Shown here piece by piece: positions 1-11,780 of a DNA stretch of 64,000 nt. Source of the DNA: Escherichia coli. GTDB lineage: Bacteria > Pseudomonadota > Gammaproteobacteria > Enterobacterales > Enterobacteriaceae. The position numbers were made by a program, and so were the translations under genes. The DNA lies in assembly GCF_029227855.1 (NCBI RefSeq), contig NZ_CP074356.1, one strand, 5' to 3'. Under the pieces are notes generated by a model that saw nothing but the letters and a program-made list of their open reading frames with translations, was not told where the DNA came from and ran no database searches. Positions within the stretch are counted from its first letter, which is position 1. Each line of letters begins with the position of its first letter.

Positions 1-1739
1 TCGTTGTACTTCTGCTGTTTCTCGCGGCGACGTTCGGTTTCGCCAATCGCTTTCGCCATTGACGGGGTGATCTTATCGCCGTAGAGAATCGCTTTACCGT
101 TAACGTTACGCGCCGCACGACCAATAGTCTGGATCAACGAACGTTCAGAACGCAGGAAGCCTTCTTTGTCGGCGTCGAGGATCGCCACCAGCGACACTTC
201 TGGCATATCCAGACCTTCGCGCAGTAAGTTGATCCCCACCAGCACGTCGAACTCGCCCAGACGCAAGTCGCGGATAATCTCCATACGCTCGACGGTGTCG
301 ATATCGGAGTGAAGATAACGCACGCGCTCGCCGTGTTCTTCGAGATATTCCGTGAGATCTTCCGCCATTCGCTTGGTCAGAGTTGTAACCAGTACGCGTT
401 CGTTAATTGCCGCTCGCTGACGAATCTCCGAAAGAAGATCATCAACCTGTGTCGCCACTGGCCGCACTTCGATAATCGGATCAAGCAATCCGGTTGGACG
501 CACCACCTGATCCACCACATCGCCGCCCGATTTTTCCAGCTCGTAATTACCCGGCGTCGCCGAAACATAGATGGTTTGCGGCGCTAATGCTTCGAACTCT
601 TCAAACTTCAGCGGACGGTTATCCAGCGCTGATGGCAGGCGGAAGCCGTACTCCACCAGCGTCTCTTTACGCGCCCGGTCACCGCGATACATGCCGCCAA
701 TTTGCGGAATGGTGACGTGTGATTCATCGACCACCAGCAGCCCATCGGCAGGCAGGTAATCAAACAGCGTCGGCGGTGGCTCACCCGGTCCACGACCGGA
801 GAGGAAGCGCGAGTAGTTCTCAATCCCGGAACAGTAGCCCAGCTCGTTCATCATCTCCAGATCAAACTGGGTACGCTGGGTCAGCCGCTGCTCTTCAAGC
901 AACTTGTTGTTCTCCAACAGCACTTTGCGTCTGGCGGCCAGTTCTTCTTTGATCTCTTCCATCGCCTGTACGATGCGCTCGCGCGGCGTGACGTAGTGCG
1001 TTTTCGGGTAGATGGTAAAACGTGGAATAGTGGAAACAATCTGCCCGGTGAGCGGGTCAAATAACGACAATCGTTCCACTTCCTCGTCAAACAGCTCCAC
1101 GCGAAGTGCAATGTCATCCGATTCTGCTGGGAAGATATCAATCACCTCACCACGAACGCGGAAAGTACCACGCTGGAATGCCTGATCATTACGAGCGTAT
1201 TGCAGCTCCGCCAGTCGGCGCAGAATCGCGCGCTGATCGATAATCATACCGACCGTGAGATGGAGCATCATCTTGAGATATAAATCAGGATCGCCCAGAC
1301 CATAAATCGCGGAAACAGAGGCCACTACAACCACATCACGCCGCTCCAGCATCGCTTTGGTGGCGGATAAACGCATCTGCTCAATATGTTCGTTAACCGA
1401 GGCATCTTTCTCAATGAAGGTGTCGGAACTCGGTACATAGGCTTCCGGCTGATAGTAGTCGTAGTAGGAGACGAAATATTCCACCGCGTTTTCCGGGAAG
1501 AACTCTTTCATTTCGCCATACAACTGGGCCGCCAGCGTTTTGTTGGGCGCAAGTACCATGGTAGGGCGCTGAAGATCAGCAATGACATTGGCAATGGTGA
1601 AGGTTTTCCCGGAGCCAGTCACGCCAAGTAACGTCTGATGCGCCAGGCCATCTTCCAGCCCCTCTTCGAGACGTCGAATCGCCTCTGGCTGATCGCCAGA
1701 AGGTTTAAAAGCGGAATTCAGTTTGAACGGTTTACTCAT
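1..1739 (-). CDS. uvrB: Excinuclease ABC subunit B (UvrB). The 5' portion is present and the 3' end lies beyond the window start.
   Basis: Absent from the ORF track because the frame runs off the edge. Reverse-complement translation from ATG (comp. 1737-1739) gives [20 protein letters not shown]... At the window edge it reads ...[42 protein letters not shown], which matches UvrB as I know it. Confidence 0.97.
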
Positions 1740-1813
1740 GAGTCGCTACCTGAAGGAGTTGGGCGGGCAGGTATGTAATTTTACTCGTCGTACTTAATTA
1801 TGCCAACAAATTA

Positions 1814-1833
1814 TACTGGATAAAAAAACAGTT
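1814..1833. promoter_or_regulatory. LexA (SOS) box upstream of uvrB
   Basis: tactggataaaaaaacagtt contains CTG-N10-CAG (CTG 1816-1818, CAG 1829-1831) about 75 nt upstream of the uvrB ATG. It matches the known uvrB SOS box. Confidence 0.85.
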
Positions 1834-2135
1834 CCTCACCATAATATTTCTGTTACAGCGTAAACTCCGCTGTCAATCATGAGCAAAATTTACTCTGTGG
1901 CGAGATAAAACTCCGGCCTTACCGGGTTATCCCCAAAGCAACGGCTTTTTTAACATTTGTCAAGATGAGTGATGACAGTTTTATGGCAAGAGATGCCTCT
2001 TCAGTGACTGCCATTGCAATTATCTAACCAGTTAAAAAATAAAAGATATTTCTTTGAGCCGTCTTTAACGCCAATTCGCGTGCAAGCCGCGTATTCTCTC
2101 GCTTGCCTCGTGTTTTCTAACTCTAATACACATGG

Positions 2136-2158
2136 TTATCCACAGGAATAGTGGATAA
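2136..2158. promoter_or_regulatory. Inverted pair of DnaA-box-like 9-mers in the uvrB-bioD spacer
   Basis: ttatccaca (2136-2144) is the consensus DnaA box. agtggataa (2150-2158) is its inverted copy with one mismatch. uvrB is reported to have a DnaA-responsive upstream promoter. Confidence 0.5.
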
Positions 2159-2317
2159 CTGTCTGCAGCCCCTATCCCCCGCCGCCTGGGCAATTCCCAC
2201 ATTCATCGCATGATGCGGAAGTAAAATTTTTTTCGTGATTATTTTAGAATTTAATTGGTTAAATTGCAGTCAATCGAAGACGCGATCTCGCTCGCAATTT
2301 AACCAAATACAGGATGG

Positions 2318-2995
2318 CTACAACAAGGCAAGGTTTATGTACTTTCCGGTTGCCGCATTTTCTGGATTTTCTGCAAGCCAGGGGATCTCTCCCAGCAGCG
2401 GCGCGGGAATCATGCGGGTGAGCGTGGTCATATATTCAGCGTGACGTTTTCCCGGAGGCGTGACATCATTCGCCACCCAACCCGCCAGAGTCAGCCCGGC
2501 GTGTTGTATTGCCTGTGCCGTCAACATCGCGTGATTAATACAGCCGAGTTTCACACCAACTACCAGTATCACCGGCAGTTGTTCCTGTGTTACCCAATCT
2601 GCAAAAGTGAAAGTGTCAGAAAGCGGCGTAAACCAGCCGCCAGCACCTTCCACTAACACCCAGTCAGCCTGTTGTTCAAGCGCGCGTAATCCGGCGCTCA
2701 TTACCAATGATTCTATCGGCCTGCCCTCTTGTGCGCTGATGATGTGCGGCGAAGTGGGTTCTGCGAAGGTGTAAGGATTTACCGTTGCGTAATCCAGCTG
2801 CAGGCTGCTGTTGCGCTGTAACGCCAGCGCGTCACTATTACGTAAGCCTTCCGGGGTCTTTTCGCTGCCAGAGGCGACCGGTTTATAACCTGCCGTCCGA
2901 TAACCTGCTGCCTTCGCGGCTTGTAAAAGTGCACAACTGGCGACAGTTTTCCCCACTTCGGTATCCGTTCCGGTGACAAAATAACGTTTACTCAC
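2318..2995 (-). CDS. bioD: Dethiobiotin synthetase
   Basis: The ORF-track protein from [17 protein letters not shown]... (P-loop) to ...GKYINLALL matches BioD at 225 aa. I place the start at GTG (comp. 2993-2995) rather than the upstream ATG. Confidence 0.95.
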   Translation of the reverse strand: MSKRYFVTGTDTEVGKTVASCALLQAAKAAGYRTAGYKPVASGSEKTPEGLRNSDALALQRNSSLQLDYATVNPYTFAEPTSPHIISAQEGRPIESLVMSAGLRALEQQADWVLVEGAGGWFTPLSDTFTFADWVTQEQLPVILVVGVKLGCINHAMLTAQAIQHAGLTLAGWVANDVTPPGKRHAEYMTTLTRMIPAPLLGEIPWLAENPENAATGKYINLALL

Positions 2996-3743
2996 GAGCA
3001 ATTACTCCCAAAAAAAGATGATACGTCAGAGGATATCGCCCCTGTTGTTGCGGCCAGGCCAGTTGCAATCGCTGCAACTGCGAACGCGTTAATATTCGTG
3101 GGTCGCGCCCTTTATGAATATGCGTGGCACCGATGCCTTTCAGCGAACGCATGGCACTGAGCGCATCAGCAAACCACAGCGTGATGGGCTGAATATGATG
3201 TTGATAATGCACGCCGTTCAGCGACTGTTCGATTTCATCTGGCGGTAAAAAGCGATTAGCATGCGGGCGCTCGTCCACCGCCTGCCACGCCTGATGTAAT
3301 TCAGGGAGCGATCCCTGCGCCAGCGTGGTAAACGCGACCACGCCTCCGGGGCGCACCACCCTGTATAGCTCGCGGAGTGCCGTGGATAAATTACCGCACC
3401 ACTGCACCGCGAGATTGCTCCATGCAAGATCGAACGTCGCAGTCGCTAACGGCAGGGATTCGATATCTCCCGCCAGATAATGGTCTGCGGCATCTTTATG
3501 GCGGGCTTGCGCAAGCATTGGCGGCGAGAGATCTAACGCCGTCACCTGCGCGTGACGTTCCCGCCAGTGGCGGCTCATCCAGCCAGGTCCACAACCCGCG
3601 TCCAGTACGTGGGTGTATTTACGCTGTGGAAGCATTGCCAGTAAGACGTCAGCACTCTGGCGCTGTAACTCTGCGTGTTGCTCATAGTGCGCGGCTGCCC
3701 GACCAAATGCCGCTGCAATGGCTTGTTTATTAACCGTTGCCAT
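2988..3743 (-). CDS. bioC: Malonyl-ACP O-methyltransferase
   Basis: [27 protein letters not shown]... plus the SAM motif LDAGCGPG gives 251 aa from the internal ATG. The 13-codon N-terminal extension in the track is rejected. The gene overlaps bioD by 8 nt. Confidence 0.95.
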   Translation of the reverse strand: MATVNKQAIAAAFGRAAAHYEQHAELQRQSADVLLAMLPQRKYTHVLDAGCGPGWMSRHWRERHAQVTALDLSPPMLAQARHKDAADHYLAGDIESLPLATATFDLAWSNLAVQWCGNLSTALRELYRVVRPGGVVAFTTLAQGSLPELHQAWQAVDERPHANRFLPPDEIEQSLNGVHYQHHIQPITLWFADALSAMRSLKGIGATHIHKGRDPRILTRSQLQRLQLAWPQQQGRYPLTYHLFLGVIARE

Positions 3744-4884
3744 GCAGCACCTCCAGCAGACGGTCGATATCCTGCATTTCATGCGCGGCGGTTAGTGTTA
3801 AGCGCAGTCGCGCAGTACCAGCAGGTACGGTTGGCGGGCGAATCGCCGTGACCCAGCAGCCTTGCTGGCGCAGTTTTTCTGCCAGTTGTAACGCACGGCT
3901 GTTATCACCAACAATCAATGGCTGGATGGCGCTGCATGAATCAGCAAGCGTAAACGGTAAATCCTGTACTCCGGCACGAAAACGCGTAATGAGTGCCGCC
4001 AGTTTTTCGCGCCGTGCATCACCCTCATCACTGCGAATGACCGCCAGCGATGCACGTAATGCCTGCGCCTGAGCGGGCGGCATACTGGTGCTGTAGATAA
4101 GATGGCGGGCGAATTGCAGCAGATAATCCGCCACCGTATTGGAGCAAAGCACCGCAGCCCCGCTGACGCCAAATCCTTTGCCAAAAGTCACCACCAGCAA
4201 TTCTGGTTTTACCTTTTGCAACCAGCAGGTGCCGCGCCCCTGCTCCCCGATAACGCCCGTGCCGTGGGCATCATCGACCATCAACCAGCCATTGTGCTGT
4301 TGCGTTACCTGCTGGATTTCCGCCAGTGGCGCACTATCGCCGTCCATGCTGAACACGCCTTCTGTCACCACCAGTTGCTGCCCCGGACAGGGGGAAGCAA
4401 GCAGTCGCGCCAGATGAGTAACATCGTTATGAACAAAACGGCGAAGCTGCGCCGGGCTTAAACTGGCAGCTTCCAGCAATGAGGCGTGACTCAGCCGATC
4501 GGCAACAATACGGTCCTCTTTCGCCGTCATCGCGGTAATAACTGCCTGGTTAGCGGCAAAACCAGAGATAAACAGCAGTGCCCGCGAATAGCCCAGCCAC
4601 TCGGCCAGTTCTTCTTCCAGCGCCTGATGCGCCACGCTATAACCGCTGACGTGACCGGAACCGCCGCTACCGACGCCAAATTGCTCCGCACTCTGCTTCC
4701 AGGCACGGATAATTTGCGGATGATGGCTTAAACCTAAATAATCGTTACTGGAAAAGTTCAGATACTGGCGATCGTCCGCCACCAGCCAGCGTCCGGCCCC
4801 TTGCGCCACTGGATAACGGCGACGCAGGGCATCGGCAGCACGCCGCGCATCGAGCGCCGCGTTGATTTTATCCTGCCAGCTCAT
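3730..4884 (-). CDS. bioF: 8-amino-7-oxononanoate synthase
   Basis: A 384 aa ORF ([25 protein letters not shown]...) that is a PLP-dependent acyltransferase. It overlaps bioC and bioB, indicating operon coupling. Confidence 0.96.
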   Translation of the reverse strand: MSWQDKINAALDARRAADALRRRYPVAQGAGRWLVADDRQYLNFSSNDYLGLSHHPQIIRAWKQSAEQFGVGSGGSGHVSGYSVAHQALEEELAEWLGYSRALLFISGFAANQAVITAMTAKEDRIVADRLSHASLLEAASLSPAQLRRFVHNDVTHLARLLASPCPGQQLVVTEGVFSMDGDSAPLAEIQQVTQQHNGWLMVDDAHGTGVIGEQGRGTCWLQKVKPELLVVTFGKGFGVSGAAVLCSNTVADYLLQFARHLIYSTSMPPAQAQALRASLAVIRSDEGDARREKLAALITRFRAGVQDLPFTLADSCSAIQPLIVGDNSRALQLAEKLRQQGCWVTAIRPPTVPAGTARLRLTLTAAHEMQDIDRLLEVLHGNG

Positions 4885-5921
4885 AGCGCTGCCGCGTTGT
4901 AATATTCGTCAGTGTCCGGGGTCATCAGTGCCTGCTCCAGACGCTGCTGTTGTTCGTTATCCCCTGCCAGCACGGCAGTTTGCTGCGGATTTAGCCCCAG
5001 TTTGCGGAACAGTTGCAGGTCTTTATCTTCTTCCGGATTCGGCGTGGTTAGCAGTTTGCAACCGTAGAAAATCGAGTTAGCCCCGGCCATAAAGCACATC
5101 GCCTGAGTCTGTTCATTCATCTGCTCGCGTCCGGCAGAAAGGCGCACGTATGAGGTCGGCATCATGATCCGCGCTACGGCAATGGTGCGAATAAAATCAA
5201 AGGCATCGACATCATCGTTATCCGCCAGCGGTGTGCCTTTCACCTTCACCAGCATGTTGATTGGCACGCTTTCCGGCGGCGTCGGCAGGTTTGCCAGTTG
5301 CAGTAATAATCCGGCGCGATCTTTCACCGTTTCGCCTAAGCCCACAATGCCACCTGAGCAGACTTTGATCCCGGCATCGCGCACTTTTTCCAGCGTATCA
5401 AGGCGTTCCTGATAAGTGCGTGTGGTGATGATATTGCCGTAAAACTCCGGCGAGGTGTCGAGGTTGTGGTTGTAGTAATCCAGCCCGGCGTTCGCAAGGC
5501 GCTGCGCCTGAGATTCACTCAACGTACCCAGCGTCATACACGCCTCCAGCCCCATCGCTTTTACTCCCTGCACCATTTGTTCCAGGTAGGGCATATCGCG
5601 TTCGTGGGGATTCTTCCACGCCGCGCCCATGCAGAAGCGCGTCGATCCTGCCGCTTTCGCTTTGCGCGCCGACTCCAGCACCTGTTCAACTTCCATCAAC
5701 CGCTCGGCTTCCAGCCCGGTTTTGTAGCGCGAGCTTTGCGGGCAGTATTTGCAATCTTCCGGACAAGCTCCGGTCTTAATTGACAGCAAAGTGCTGACCT
5801 GCACCTGACGTGGATCGAAATGCTGACGATGCACCTGCTGCGCTTCAAACAGCAGATCCAGCAACGGTTTTTCAAATAATTCTGTGACTTGCGACAATGT
5901 CCAGCGTGGGCGGTGAGCCAT
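4881..5921 (-). CDS. bioB: Biotin synthase (radical SAM)
   Basis: A 346 aa ORF with [28 protein letters not shown] and the radical-SAM motif CPEDCKYC. Confidence 0.97.
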   Translation of the reverse strand: MAHRPRWTLSQVTELFEKPLLDLLFEAQQVHRQHFDPRQVQVSTLLSIKTGACPEDCKYCPQSSRYKTGLEAERLMEVEQVLESARKAKAAGSTRFCMGAAWKNPHERDMPYLEQMVQGVKAMGLEACMTLGTLSESQAQRLANAGLDYYNHNLDTSPEFYGNIITTRTYQERLDTLEKVRDAGIKVCSGGIVGLGETVKDRAGLLLQLANLPTPPESVPINMLVKVKGTPLADNDDVDAFDFIRTIAVARIMMPTSYVRLSAGREQMNEQTQAMCFMAGANSIFYGCKLLTTPNPEEDKDLQLFRKLGLNPQQTAVLAGDNEQQQRLEQALMTPDTDEYYNAAAL

Positions 5922-5966
5922 GGGGCTTCTCCAAAACGTGTTTTTTGTTGTTAATTCGGTGTAGAC

Positions 5967-6001
5967 TCGTAAACCTAAATCTTTTCAATTTGGTTTACAA
6001 G
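5967..6001. promoter_or_regulatory. bio operator (BirA binding site) with divergent bioA / bioBFCD promoters
   Basis: Imperfect palindrome tcgtaaacctaaatcttttcaatttggtttacaag lies between the divergent bioB and bioA starts. Confidence 0.85.
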
Positions 6002-6007
6002 TCGATT

Positions 6008-7297
6008 ATGACAACGGACGATCTTGCCTTTGACCAACGCCATATCTGGCACCCATACACATCCATGACCTCCCCGCTACCGGTTTATCCGGTGGCGAGC
6101 GCCGAAGGTTGCGAGCTAATTTTGTCTGACGGCAGACGCCTGGTTGACGGTATGTCGTCCTGGTGGGCGGCGATCCACGGCTACAATCACCCGCAGCTTA
6201 ATGCGGCGATGAAGTCGCAAATTGATGCCATGTCGCATGTGATGTTTGGTGGTATCACTCATGCGCCAGCCATTGAGCTGTGCCGCAAACTGGTGGCGAT
6301 GACGCCGCAACCGCTGGAATGCGTTTTTCTCGCGGACTCCGGTTCCGTAGCGGTGGAAGTGGCGATGAAAATGGCGTTGCAGTACTGGCAGGCCAAAGGC
6401 GAAGCGCGCCAGCGTTTTCTGACCTTCCGCAATGGTTATCATGGCGATACCTTTGGCGCGATGTCTGTGTGCGATCCGGACAACTCGATGCACAGCCTGT
6501 GGAAAGGCTATCTGCCAGAAAACTTGTTTGCTCCCGCCCCGCAAAGCCGCATGGATGGTGAATGGGATGAACGCGATATGGTGGGCTTTGCCCGCCTGAT
6601 GGCGGCACATCGTCATGAAATCGCCGCCGTGATCATTGAACCGATTGTCCAGGGCGCAGGCGGGATGCGCATCTACCATCCGGAATGGTTAAAACGAATC
6701 CGCAAAATGTGCGATCGCGAAGGTATCTTGCTGATTGCTGACGAGATCGCCACCGGATTTGGTCGTACCGGCAAACTGTTTGCCTGTGAACATGCAGATA
6801 TCGCGCCGGACATTTTGTGCCTCGGTAAAGCCTTAACCGGCGGTACAATGACCCTTTCCGCCACACTCACCACGCGCGAGGTTGCGGAAACCATCAGCAA
6901 CGGCGAAGCCGGTTGCTTTATGCATGGGCCAACTTTTATGGGCAATCCGCTGGCCTGCGCAGCAGCAAACGCCAGCCTGGCGATTCTCGAATCTGGCGAC
7001 TGGCAGCATCAGGTGGCGGCTATTGAAGGGCAGCTACGCGAGCAACTTGCCCCCGCCTGTGACGCCGAAATGGTTGCCGATGTGCGCGTACTGGGGGCAA
7101 TCGGCGTGGTCGAAACCACTCGTCCGGTGAATATGGCGGCGCTGCAAAAATTCTTTGTCGAACAGGGGGTATGGATCCGGCCTTTTGGCAAACTGATTTA
7201 CCTGATGCCGCCCTATATTATTCTCCCGCAACAGTTGCAGCGTCTGACCGCAGCGGTTAATCGTGCGGTGCAGGATGAAACATTTTTTTGCCAATAA
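6008..7297 (+). CDS. bioA: Adenosylmethionine-8-amino-7-oxononanoate aminotransferase
   Basis: [29 protein letters not shown]... gives 429 aa from ATG 6008. The 37-codon upstream extension in the track crosses the operator and is rejected. Confidence 0.96.
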   Translation: MTTDDLAFDQRHIWHPYTSMTSPLPVYPVASAEGCELILSDGRRLVDGMSSWWAAIHGYNHPQLNAAMKSQIDAMSHVMFGGITHAPAIELCRKLVAMTPQPLECVFLADSGSVAVEVAMKMALQYWQAKGEARQRFLTFRNGYHGDTFGAMSVCDPDNSMHSLWKGYLPENLFAPAPQSRMDGEWDERDMVGFARLMAAHRHEIAAVIIEPIVQGAGGMRIYHPEWLKRIRKMCDREGILLIADEIATGFGRTGKLFACEHADIAPDILCLGKALTGGTMTLSATLTTREVAETISNGEAGCFMHGPTFMGNPLACAAANASLAILESGDWQHQVAAIEGQLREQLAPACDAEMVADVRVLGAIGVVETTRPVNMAALQKFFVEQGVWIRPFGKLIYLMPPYIILPQQLQRLTAAVNRAVQDETFFCQ

Positions 7298-7355
7298 CGG
7301 GAAGTCAGCGTGAGGGTTTCTGGCTACACTTTCTGCAAACTAGAAAGGAGGGTTC

Positions 7356-7832
7356 ATGAAACTCATCAGTAATGATCTGCGCGATGGCGATAAGCTGCCG
7401 CATCGTCATGTCTTTAACGGCATGGGTTACGATGGCGATAATATTTCACCGCATCTGGCGTGGGATGATGTTCCTGTGGGAACGAAAAGTTTTGTTGTCA
7501 CCTGCTACGACCCGGATGCGCCAACTGGCTCCGGCTGGTGGCACTGGGTAGTTGTTAATTTACCCGCGGATACCCGCGTATTACCGCAAGGGTTTGGCTC
7601 TGGTCTGGTAGCAATGCCAGACGGCGTTTTGCAGACGCGTACCGACTTTGGTAAAACCGGGTACGATGGTGCAGCGCCGCCGAAAGGCGAAACCCATCGC
7701 TACATTTTTACCGTTCACGCGCTGGATGTAGAACGTATTGATGTCGATGAAGGTGCCAGCGGCGCGATGGTCGGGTTTAACGTCCATTTCCATTCTCTGG
7801 CAAGCGCCTCGATTACTGCGATGTTTAGTTAA
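7356..7832 (+). CDS. ybhB: PEBP/RKIP-family protein YbhB
   Basis: A 158 aa ORF (MKLISNDLRDGDKLPHRHVFNG...) with RBS aggagg 7 nt upstream. Confidence 0.92.
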   Translation: MKLISNDLRDGDKLPHRHVFNGMGYDGDNISPHLAWDDVPVGTKSFVVTCYDPDAPTGSGWWHWVVVNLPADTRVLPQGFGSGLVAMPDGVLQTRTDFGKTGYDGAAPPKGETHRYIFTVHALDVERIDVDEGASGAMVGFNVHFHSLASASITAMFS

Positions 7833-7983
7833 TCACTCTGCCAGATGGCGCTATGCCATCTGGTATCACTTAAAGGTATTAAAAACAACTTTTTGTCTTT
7901 TTACCTTCCCGTTTCGCTCAAGTTAGTATAAAAAAGCAGGCTTCAACGGATTCATTTTTCTATTTCATAGCCCGGAGCAACCT

Positions 7984-9267
7984 GTGAACACATTTTCAGT
8001 TTCCCGTCTGGCGCTGGCATTGGCTTTTGGCGTGACGCTGACCGCCTGTAGCTCAACACCGCCCGATCAACGTCCTTCTGATCAAACCGCGCCTGGTACC
8101 TCTTCTCGCCCGATTCTGTCGGCAAAAGAAGCGCAGAATTTCGATGCTCAACACTATTTTGCATCCCTGACACTAGGTGCGGCAGCGTGGAATCCTTCCC
8201 CGATTACCCTGCCTGCGCAACCTGACTTTGTTGTCGGCCCGGCGGGTACTCAAGGTGTAACGCATACCACGATTCAGGCGGCGGTAGATGCGGCAATTAT
8301 CAAGCGCACCAACAAGCGCCAGTATATTGCCGTGATGCCTGGTGAGTATCAGGGAACGGTGTATGTCCCTGCCGCTCCGGGTGGAATTACTCTGTACGGT
8401 ACAGGTGAAAAACCGATTGATGTGAAGATTGGGCTTTCCCTTGATGGTGGCATGAGCCCTGCCGACTGGCGTCACGACGTCAACCCGCGCGGCAAATATA
8501 TGCCAGGTAAACCGGCGTGGTATATGTACGATAGCTGCCAGAGCAAACGCAGCGACAGTATCGGCGTTCTCTGCTCTGCGGTCTTCTGGTCACAAAACAA
8601 TGGCCTGCAACTGCAAAACCTGACCATCGAAAACACGCTGGGCGATAGCGTAGATGCGGGTAACCATCCGGCGGTGGCACTGCGTACTGATGGTGACCAG
8701 GTACAGATTAACAACGTTAACATTCTCGGTCGTCAGAACACCTTCTTTGTCACCAACAGCGGTGTGCAGAACCGTCTGGAAACGAATCGTCAGCCGCGTA
8801 CTCTGGTGACCAACAGTTACATTGAAGGGGATGTGGATATCGTTTCTGGTCGCGGCGCAGTGGTGTTCGATAATACCGAATTCCGCGTGGTGAACTCACG
8901 TACTCAGCAAGAAGCGTATGTGTTTGCACCGGCTACGCTGTCTAACATCTATTACGGTTTCCTCGCCGTAAACAGCCGTTTCAATGCTTCCGGTGATGGC
9001 GTGGCGCAACTGGGTCGCTCGCTGGATGTTGATGCCAATACCAACGGTCAGGTGGTGATCCGTGATAGCGCCATCAACGAAGGTTTTAACACGGCTAAAC
9101 CGTGGGCCGATGCGGTGATTTCCAATCGTCCGTTTGCGGGTAATACTGGCAACGTTGATGATAACGACGAAGTACAGCGTAATCTGAATGACACTAACTA
9201 CAACCGCATGTGGGAATACAATAACCGCGGCGTGGGTAGCAAAGTGGTTGCAGAGGCGAAGAAGTAA
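7984..9267 (+). CDS. ybhC: Pectinesterase-like outer-membrane lipoprotein YbhC
   Basis: A 427 aa ORF with a GTG start. It has a signal peptide with lipobox LTAC|SS and a parallel beta-helix pectinesterase-like sequence. Confidence 0.92.
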   Translation: MNTFSVSRLALALAFGVTLTACSSTPPDQRPSDQTAPGTSSRPILSAKEAQNFDAQHYFASLTLGAAAWNPSPITLPAQPDFVVGPAGTQGVTHTTIQAAVDAAIIKRTNKRQYIAVMPGEYQGTVYVPAAPGGITLYGTGEKPIDVKIGLSLDGGMSPADWRHDVNPRGKYMPGKPAWYMYDSCQSKRSDSIGVLCSAVFWSQNNGLQLQNLTIENTLGDSVDAGNHPAVALRTDGDQVQINNVNILGRQNTFFVTNSGVQNRLETNRQPRTLVTNSYIEGDVDIVSGRGAVVFDNTEFRVVNSRTQQEAYVFAPATLSNIYYGFLAVNSRFNASGDGVAQLGRSLDVDANTNGQVVIRDSAINEGFNTAKPWADAVISNRPFAGNTGNVDDNDEVQRNLNDTNYNRMWEYNNRGVGSKVVAEAKK

Positions 9268-9310
9268 AAAAGAAAACCCGATAGTCTGAACCATCGGGTT
9301 AATGAAACAG

Positions 9311-9338
9311 GGCGCTATATTTCATAGCGCCTTTTTTT
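9311..9338 (+). terminator. Rho-independent terminator after ybhC
   Basis: ggcgctat-atttc-atagcgcc stem-loop followed by T7. The T-run overlaps the ybhJ stop codon on the other strand. Confidence 0.75.
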
Positions 9339-11598
9339 ACATCTGACGGTTTTTATTGAAATTAATCAAACTACCCGCCTTGATAATCTCGCGCTCTTCA
9401 GCAGTCAGACTTTCCATATAGAGCGTAATCTCTGTTACCGGCGCATCTTCATGGATCACATAACCTTTAAACGTCGTACCCGGATTATCCAGCGCCGCTT
9501 TAATGCCAGGGATGTAAATGTAATCCCCCACTTCAAACGTTGGTGCTTCCGCCATTTGCAGCGGTAACATCCCCCAGTTGATGACGTTAGAACGGTAGCG
9601 TTTAGTCGCGTATTCCTCGGCAATATTCGCCAGACCGCCAATCACACGCTGGCAGCTCGCCGCCTGCTCACGCGCAGAACCATCGCCTGGTTTCACCGCA
9701 TAGACCATGCTGCCAATTTCAGTTTGCAGCGGATCAATATGCTCCTGACCAGCAATCTGCTTAATGCGCGCAAACACCTCTGTCAGCTCGCTGACATTCC
9801 CCGCCAGACGCTGATTTTCCAGCTCGGCAGTCGCTTTACTTCTGCCAACATAACCTGGATCGCGGCGTGACAGGGTAAACTCCGCCAGACCAATCGGATT
9901 TGAACGATAAGAAGATGTTTCACCGGAAGGAATCAGTTCGTCGGTGGTGGTGACTTCGTCGAGGATCTTCGAGCACACTTTGAGGACGATATTGTCAGTC
10001 AGCGCACCCAATTCCGGCCAGTCTTTAATGTTCGGTCCGTAAATCAGCGGTTGCTGGGTCGCCCCTTTCACAAAGCCCTGATAAACACGGTTTTTATACG
10101 GCGTTACATCGAAGGCGTACTCCGGCACGTTGTCCCAGCAATCGAGTTCGCTGGCAGAAGTTAAATAGCCACCGTTTGCCGCAGTCGCAGCGATAGAACG
10201 AGCGTCCATCAACGCCACCGCTGACATCTGCCCATTAGCTGGCTTAGAGCCTTCGCGGTTCGGGAAGTTACGCGTAGTGTGGCGAATACTTAAACCGTTG
10301 TTGATTGGCGTATCGCCCGCGCCAAAGCATGGGCCGCAGAACGCGGTTCTGATGATTGCGCCTGCGCCAATCAAATCTGCTACCACACCTTTTTTGGCGA
10401 GATCCATAAACACCGGCTGTGATGACGGGTAAACCGCCAGCGAGAAGGTGTCATTGCCACAGGATTGACCGCGCAGTGCATTCGCCGCCGCGATGACGTT
10501 TTCGTAGTTACCGCCAGAACAGCCCGCGATAATCCCCTGCTGCACTTTCAGGCGACCATTTTCCACTTTATCCAGCAGCGAGAGTTTGGCTTTACCGTGC
10601 GCCACGCGTTCGGACTCAATTTCAATCTCACGCAGAATGTCGGTCAGGTTCTGGTTCAGTGTGTCGATTTCATACACGTTGCTCGGGTGGAACGGCAGCG
10701 CAATCATTGGTTTGATAGCGCTTAAATCAACGCTGATGCAGCCATCGTAGTACGCCATCGGTTGAGGGTTAAGCTGGCAGTAATCCTGGCCGCGACCGTG
10801 CAGCGCCAGCCAGTTATGGACTTCTTCATCGGTTTGCCAGACAGAACTTAAACAGGTCGTTTCAGTGGTCATAACGTCAACGCTGTTACGGAAATCGGTA
10901 GAGAGCGCAGCAACACCGGGACCTACGAATTCCATCACTTTGTTTTTGACGTAGCCGTTTTTGAACACCGCGCCGATAATCGCCAGCGCCACATCCTGCG
11001 GACCCACATACGGAGCAGGTTTTCCGGTCAGATGCACCGCAACCACGTCCGGATAGTCGATATCCCATGTGTCATTAAGCAGTTGTTTTACCAGCTCGCC
11101 GCCGCCCTCACCGACTGCCATTGTCCCTAATGCACCGTAACGGGTGTGGCTGTCTGACCCGAGGATCATTTTGCCGCCGCCTGCCATCATTTCACGCATA
11201 TATTGATGGATAACCGCAATATGCGGAGGCACAAAAATACCGCCATAACGCTGCGCTGCCGATAAGCCAAAAATATGGTCATCACCGTTAATGGTGCCGC
11301 CGACGGCGCAGAGTGAGTTATGGCAGTTGGTCAGCACATACGGCAGCGGGAAACGTTCCATACCCGACGCTTTAGCGGTCTGTACAATACCAACAAAGGT
11401 AATATCGTGAGAGGCTAATGAATCAAACTTAATTTTAAGTTTATCCATATTTCCGGACGTATTATGAGAAGAGAGAATAGACCAGGCAATAGTGCCTTTT
11501 TTTGCTTCTTCTTTTTTAATTTCGCCGGTGAAATGTTCTTCGGCAATTATTTCGTTATTACTGGCGAGAAACACGCCTTTTTCAGATAACTTGATCAT
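9337..11598 (-). CDS. ybhJ: Aconitase-family putative hydratase YbhJ
   Basis: [23 protein letters not shown]... gives 753 aa from the internal ATG. It carries the aconitase-type motifs GSDSHT and CGPCFG. Confidence 0.93.
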   Translation of the reverse strand: MIKLSEKGVFLASNNEIIAEEHFTGEIKKEEAKKGTIAWSILSSHNTSGNMDKLKIKFDSLASHDITFVGIVQTAKASGMERFPLPYVLTNCHNSLCAVGGTINGDDHIFGLSAAQRYGGIFVPPHIAVIHQYMREMMAGGGKMILGSDSHTRYGALGTMAVGEGGGELVKQLLNDTWDIDYPDVVAVHLTGKPAPYVGPQDVALAIIGAVFKNGYVKNKVMEFVGPGVAALSTDFRNSVDVMTTETTCLSSVWQTDEEVHNWLALHGRGQDYCQLNPQPMAYYDGCISVDLSAIKPMIALPFHPSNVYEIDTLNQNLTDILREIEIESERVAHGKAKLSLLDKVENGRLKVQQGIIAGCSGGNYENVIAAANALRGQSCGNDTFSLAVYPSSQPVFMDLAKKGVVADLIGAGAIIRTAFCGPCFGAGDTPINNGLSIRHTTRNFPNREGSKPANGQMSAVALMDARSIAATAANGGYLTSASELDCWDNVPEYAFDVTPYKNRVYQGFVKGATQQPLIYGPNIKDWPELGALTDNIVLKVCSKILDEVTTTDELIPSGETSSYRSNPIGLAEFTLSRRDPGYVGRSKATAELENQRLAGNVSELTEVFARIKQIAGQEHIDPLQTEIGSMVYAVKPGDGSAREQAASCQRVIGGLANIAEEYATKRYRSNVINWGMLPLQMAEAPTFEVGDYIYIPGIKAALDNPGTTFKGYVIHEDAPVTEITLYMESLTAEEREIIKAGSLINFNKNRQM

Positions 11599-11652
11599 CA
11601 AATGCTCCAGATATCTGCGCACCGAGAAGTGCGCAGAAAGATAATAAATGGA

Positions 11653-11779
11653 TATACTCTAAATAATTCGAGTTGCAGGAAGGCGACAATCGAGTGAATC
11701 CCCAGGAGCTTACATAAGTAAGTGACTGGGGTGAGCGAACGCAGACGCAGCACATGCAACTTGAAGTATGACGAGTATA
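11653..11779. repeat. ERIC (IRU) repeat, full-length copy
   Basis: tatactctaaataattcgagttgcaggaaggc...gtgaatccccaggagcttacataagtaagtgactggggtgagcg...gcaacttgaagtatgacgagtata matches the ERIC consensus core. It lies between ybhJ and ybhI. Confidence 0.9.
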
Positions 11780-11780
11780 T

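Noticed and set aside
5897-6007. N-terminal extensions of track ORFs. Affected genes are bioA, bioC, bioD, ybhJ, ybhD, ybhA, modF, galE, gpmA, pal, tnpA, glmS, the LysR gene and the transporter.
   Set aside because: The longest-ORF starts cross operators or promoters or lack an RBS. Internal starts reproduce the known protein N-termini.
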